From an uncultured Gemmatimonadaceae bacterium (GTDB taxonomy: Bacteria > Latescibacterota > UBA2968 > UBA8231): DNA of 64,000 bases. The position numbers and the translations under genes are program-made. Under the pieces are notes generated by a model, which saw only the letters and a list, made by a program, of their open reading frames with translations, was not told the DNA's origin and ran no database searches. The stretch is from the NCBI GenBank assembly GCA_964520345.1, contig CAZFMY010000014.1, positions 10,671 through 74,670 on the forward strand. Reading direction: 5' to 3'. Each line of letters begins with the position of its first letter. Position 1 is the stretch's first letter. This document shows positions 62,758 through 64,000 of this stretch, piece by piece.

Positions 62758-63626
62758 CTCAATTCCCGCCTATAGACCTCGTCCCGATTCGCTTGCAATT
62801 GCCAATAAGGCACCCGGATCGTCTGCATCACTTCGCCACTCCCCCCGTCGCCGTCCTCCCACTTCAGAATCCGATGCGGATAGGCTTTTTCGGTCCATAG
62901 CGTCCGCTGCCGCGCCCCAATCATCCACTCCCATCGCACGGCAGCCAGCGTGCTTCCGGCGATCTCAACCAACTCCACTGGCCCTTTTTGCACCCGACCC
63001 GCTACGATCTCATGCGGCCGATGCGCCAGGCGGAACGACCATAGGCTGGGCAGGATTTCCATCTCCCGCACCTCGCCCGCTTGCATAAACGGCTCTTTCA
63101 ACTCTCGAATCCGAATCAGCAAGTGGTCTTCGCTCTCGAATGCATCCGGCCGCGACAACCGGTAGTCGCGGCGGCCCTCGCTTTCAAAATAGCTATTGAG
63201 GTGCCCTTTGATCGTATCGCCGCGCAACAACACCTCGTCGAATACATGGCCACACCATTCTTGGGCACTGAGCGAGATCTTGCGCAAATCAAAAGCATGC
63301 TCTTCCCCTTCAACCTGACTGAAGACCGAGGTCATTACCGAGTAATCATAAATCCCGGTCGGGAACTTCAACACGCTGTTGAGTTTGAGTACATAGAGTC
63401 GCTCCTCGTCCGGCACAGGCGACTCGACTTTGATGAAGGTCTTCTTGTGGATATCCTCGGTCACGAAAATCATCACCCCGTACCCCGTCCTCACTTCGCC
63501 ATAGCGCGGCTGCATCACCTTATAACTGGAAAGTTCAGCCTTGCCGTCTCCCCAATGCGCATAAAAATCTATGGCACTGACCTGTACCGTACAGACCAAC
63601 AACCCACCCAGGATCCATTTTATCAT
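62748..63626 (-). CDS. Hypothetical secreted protein
   Basis: ATG 63626 gives the signal peptide MIKWILGGLLVCTVQVSA. No domain recognised. Confidence 0.6.
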   Translation of the reverse strand: MIKWILGGLLVCTVQVSAIDFYAHWGDGKAELSSYKVMQPRYGEVRTGYGVMIFVTEDIHKKTFIKVESPVPDEERLYVLKLNSVLKFPTGIYDYSVMTSVFSQVEGEEHAFDLRKISLSAQEWCGHVFDEVLLRGDTIKGHLNSYFESEGRRDYRLSRPDAFESEDHLLIRIRELKEPFMQAGEVREMEILPSLWSFRLAHRPHEIVAGRVQKGPVELVEIAGSTLAAVRWEWMIGARQRTLWTEKAYPHRILKWEDGDGGSGEVMQTIRVPYWQLQANRDEVYRRELSIP

Positions 63627-63677
63627 CACCCACCCACTCCCATCTCTGGATCGCTCCATCCGGCCCCGTACCCTCGT

Positions 63678-64000
63678 TCAAGCAAAGGGCGGCGCCTCGC
63701 GACGCGGCTCTTTCAAGAACCACATCTCGTAAAGCGGTACCAGAATGCACAACAAGGTCGTCACACTCAACAACGCCGAATTCACCGGAGCCAGCACACC
63801 CCACCCCTCACCAACGAAGCGCACCAACCACGGCTTAGCCACATCCAGCGCGATATAGATAAAAAACGAAGAGATCACAACGGTCTTCCAGCGTCGACTC
63901 CAGGCACTGAGCAAAAAAAGATGCCCAGTGGTCAGAAAAACCATGGGCATGATAAAGAGGTGGAAATGCGTGGTTTCGATCAGTTCGGCCTCTTCTTTGG
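63678..64000 (-). CDS. Integral membrane protein, 5' end beyond the window edge
   Basis: The frame remains open upstream of the listed ATG 63950 to nt 64000 (KEEAELIETTHFHLFI-MPMVF...). At least three hydrophobic spans. Confidence 0.5.
   Translation of the reverse strand, partial: KEEAELIETTHFHLFIMPMVFLTTGHLFLLSAWSRRWKTVVISSFFIYIALDVAKPWLVRFVGEGWGVLAPVNSALLSVTTLLCILVPLYEMWFLKEPRREAPPFA

Noticed and set aside
1-64000. Search for CRISPR arrays, transposases, integrases, IS inverted repeats, rRNA, tmRNA, RNase P, SRP RNA and known defence-system genes
   Set aside because: I recognised none by eye. The only short direct repeats are the two-copy 22-bp duplication and the in-frame protein repeats. 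Small structured RNAs could still be missed without covariance-model searches.

Overview
The window is a 64-kb, fairly GC-rich bacterial chromosomal fragment. My hand counts on typical 60-nt lines give about 57-63% GC. Bacterial origin is supported by murA, anmK, glnD, lon, hflX and rsmJ-like genes. Several proteins end in T9SS (Por-type) C-terminal sorting domains with the NYPNPFNPST signature, which by inference points to an uncultured FCB-superphylum-like lineage. I support 45 protein-coding genes (two cut by the window edges), one tRNA-Phe(GAA), four hairpin or terminator structures (one lacking a U-tract) and a few candidate promoters. I saw no rRNA, CRISPR array, transposase or integrase. 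Five things stand out. (1) A divergent 15-kb locus (10249-25160) encodes three giant surface proteins. Two are tandem paralogues of about 1900 aa that each combine Asp-box/BNR motifs, Ig-like repeats, two cohesin-like modules, a canonical two-segment dockerin and a T9SS sorting domain. (2) A complete type IIB topoisomerase VI operon (top6B-top6A, ATGA overlap) lies in an unambiguously bacterial context. (3) Directly upstream of it is a tightly coupled co-directional run of mostly uncharacterised genes: DUF362, MazG-like, two paralogous lipoproteins, a small Fn3-like protein, a 708-aa orphan and an O-methyltransferase. (4) A 1.7-kb low-GC islet (about 40%) abuts the 3' end of tRNA-Phe and carries a thrice-repeated translation-initiation leader and a decayed gene fragment. 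(5) An exact 22-bp tandem duplication of a ribosome-binding site plus ATG creates an overlapping upstream ORF. All domain calls come from motif recognition by eye. Domain boundaries are approximate, several start codons are ambiguous, and no database search was possible.
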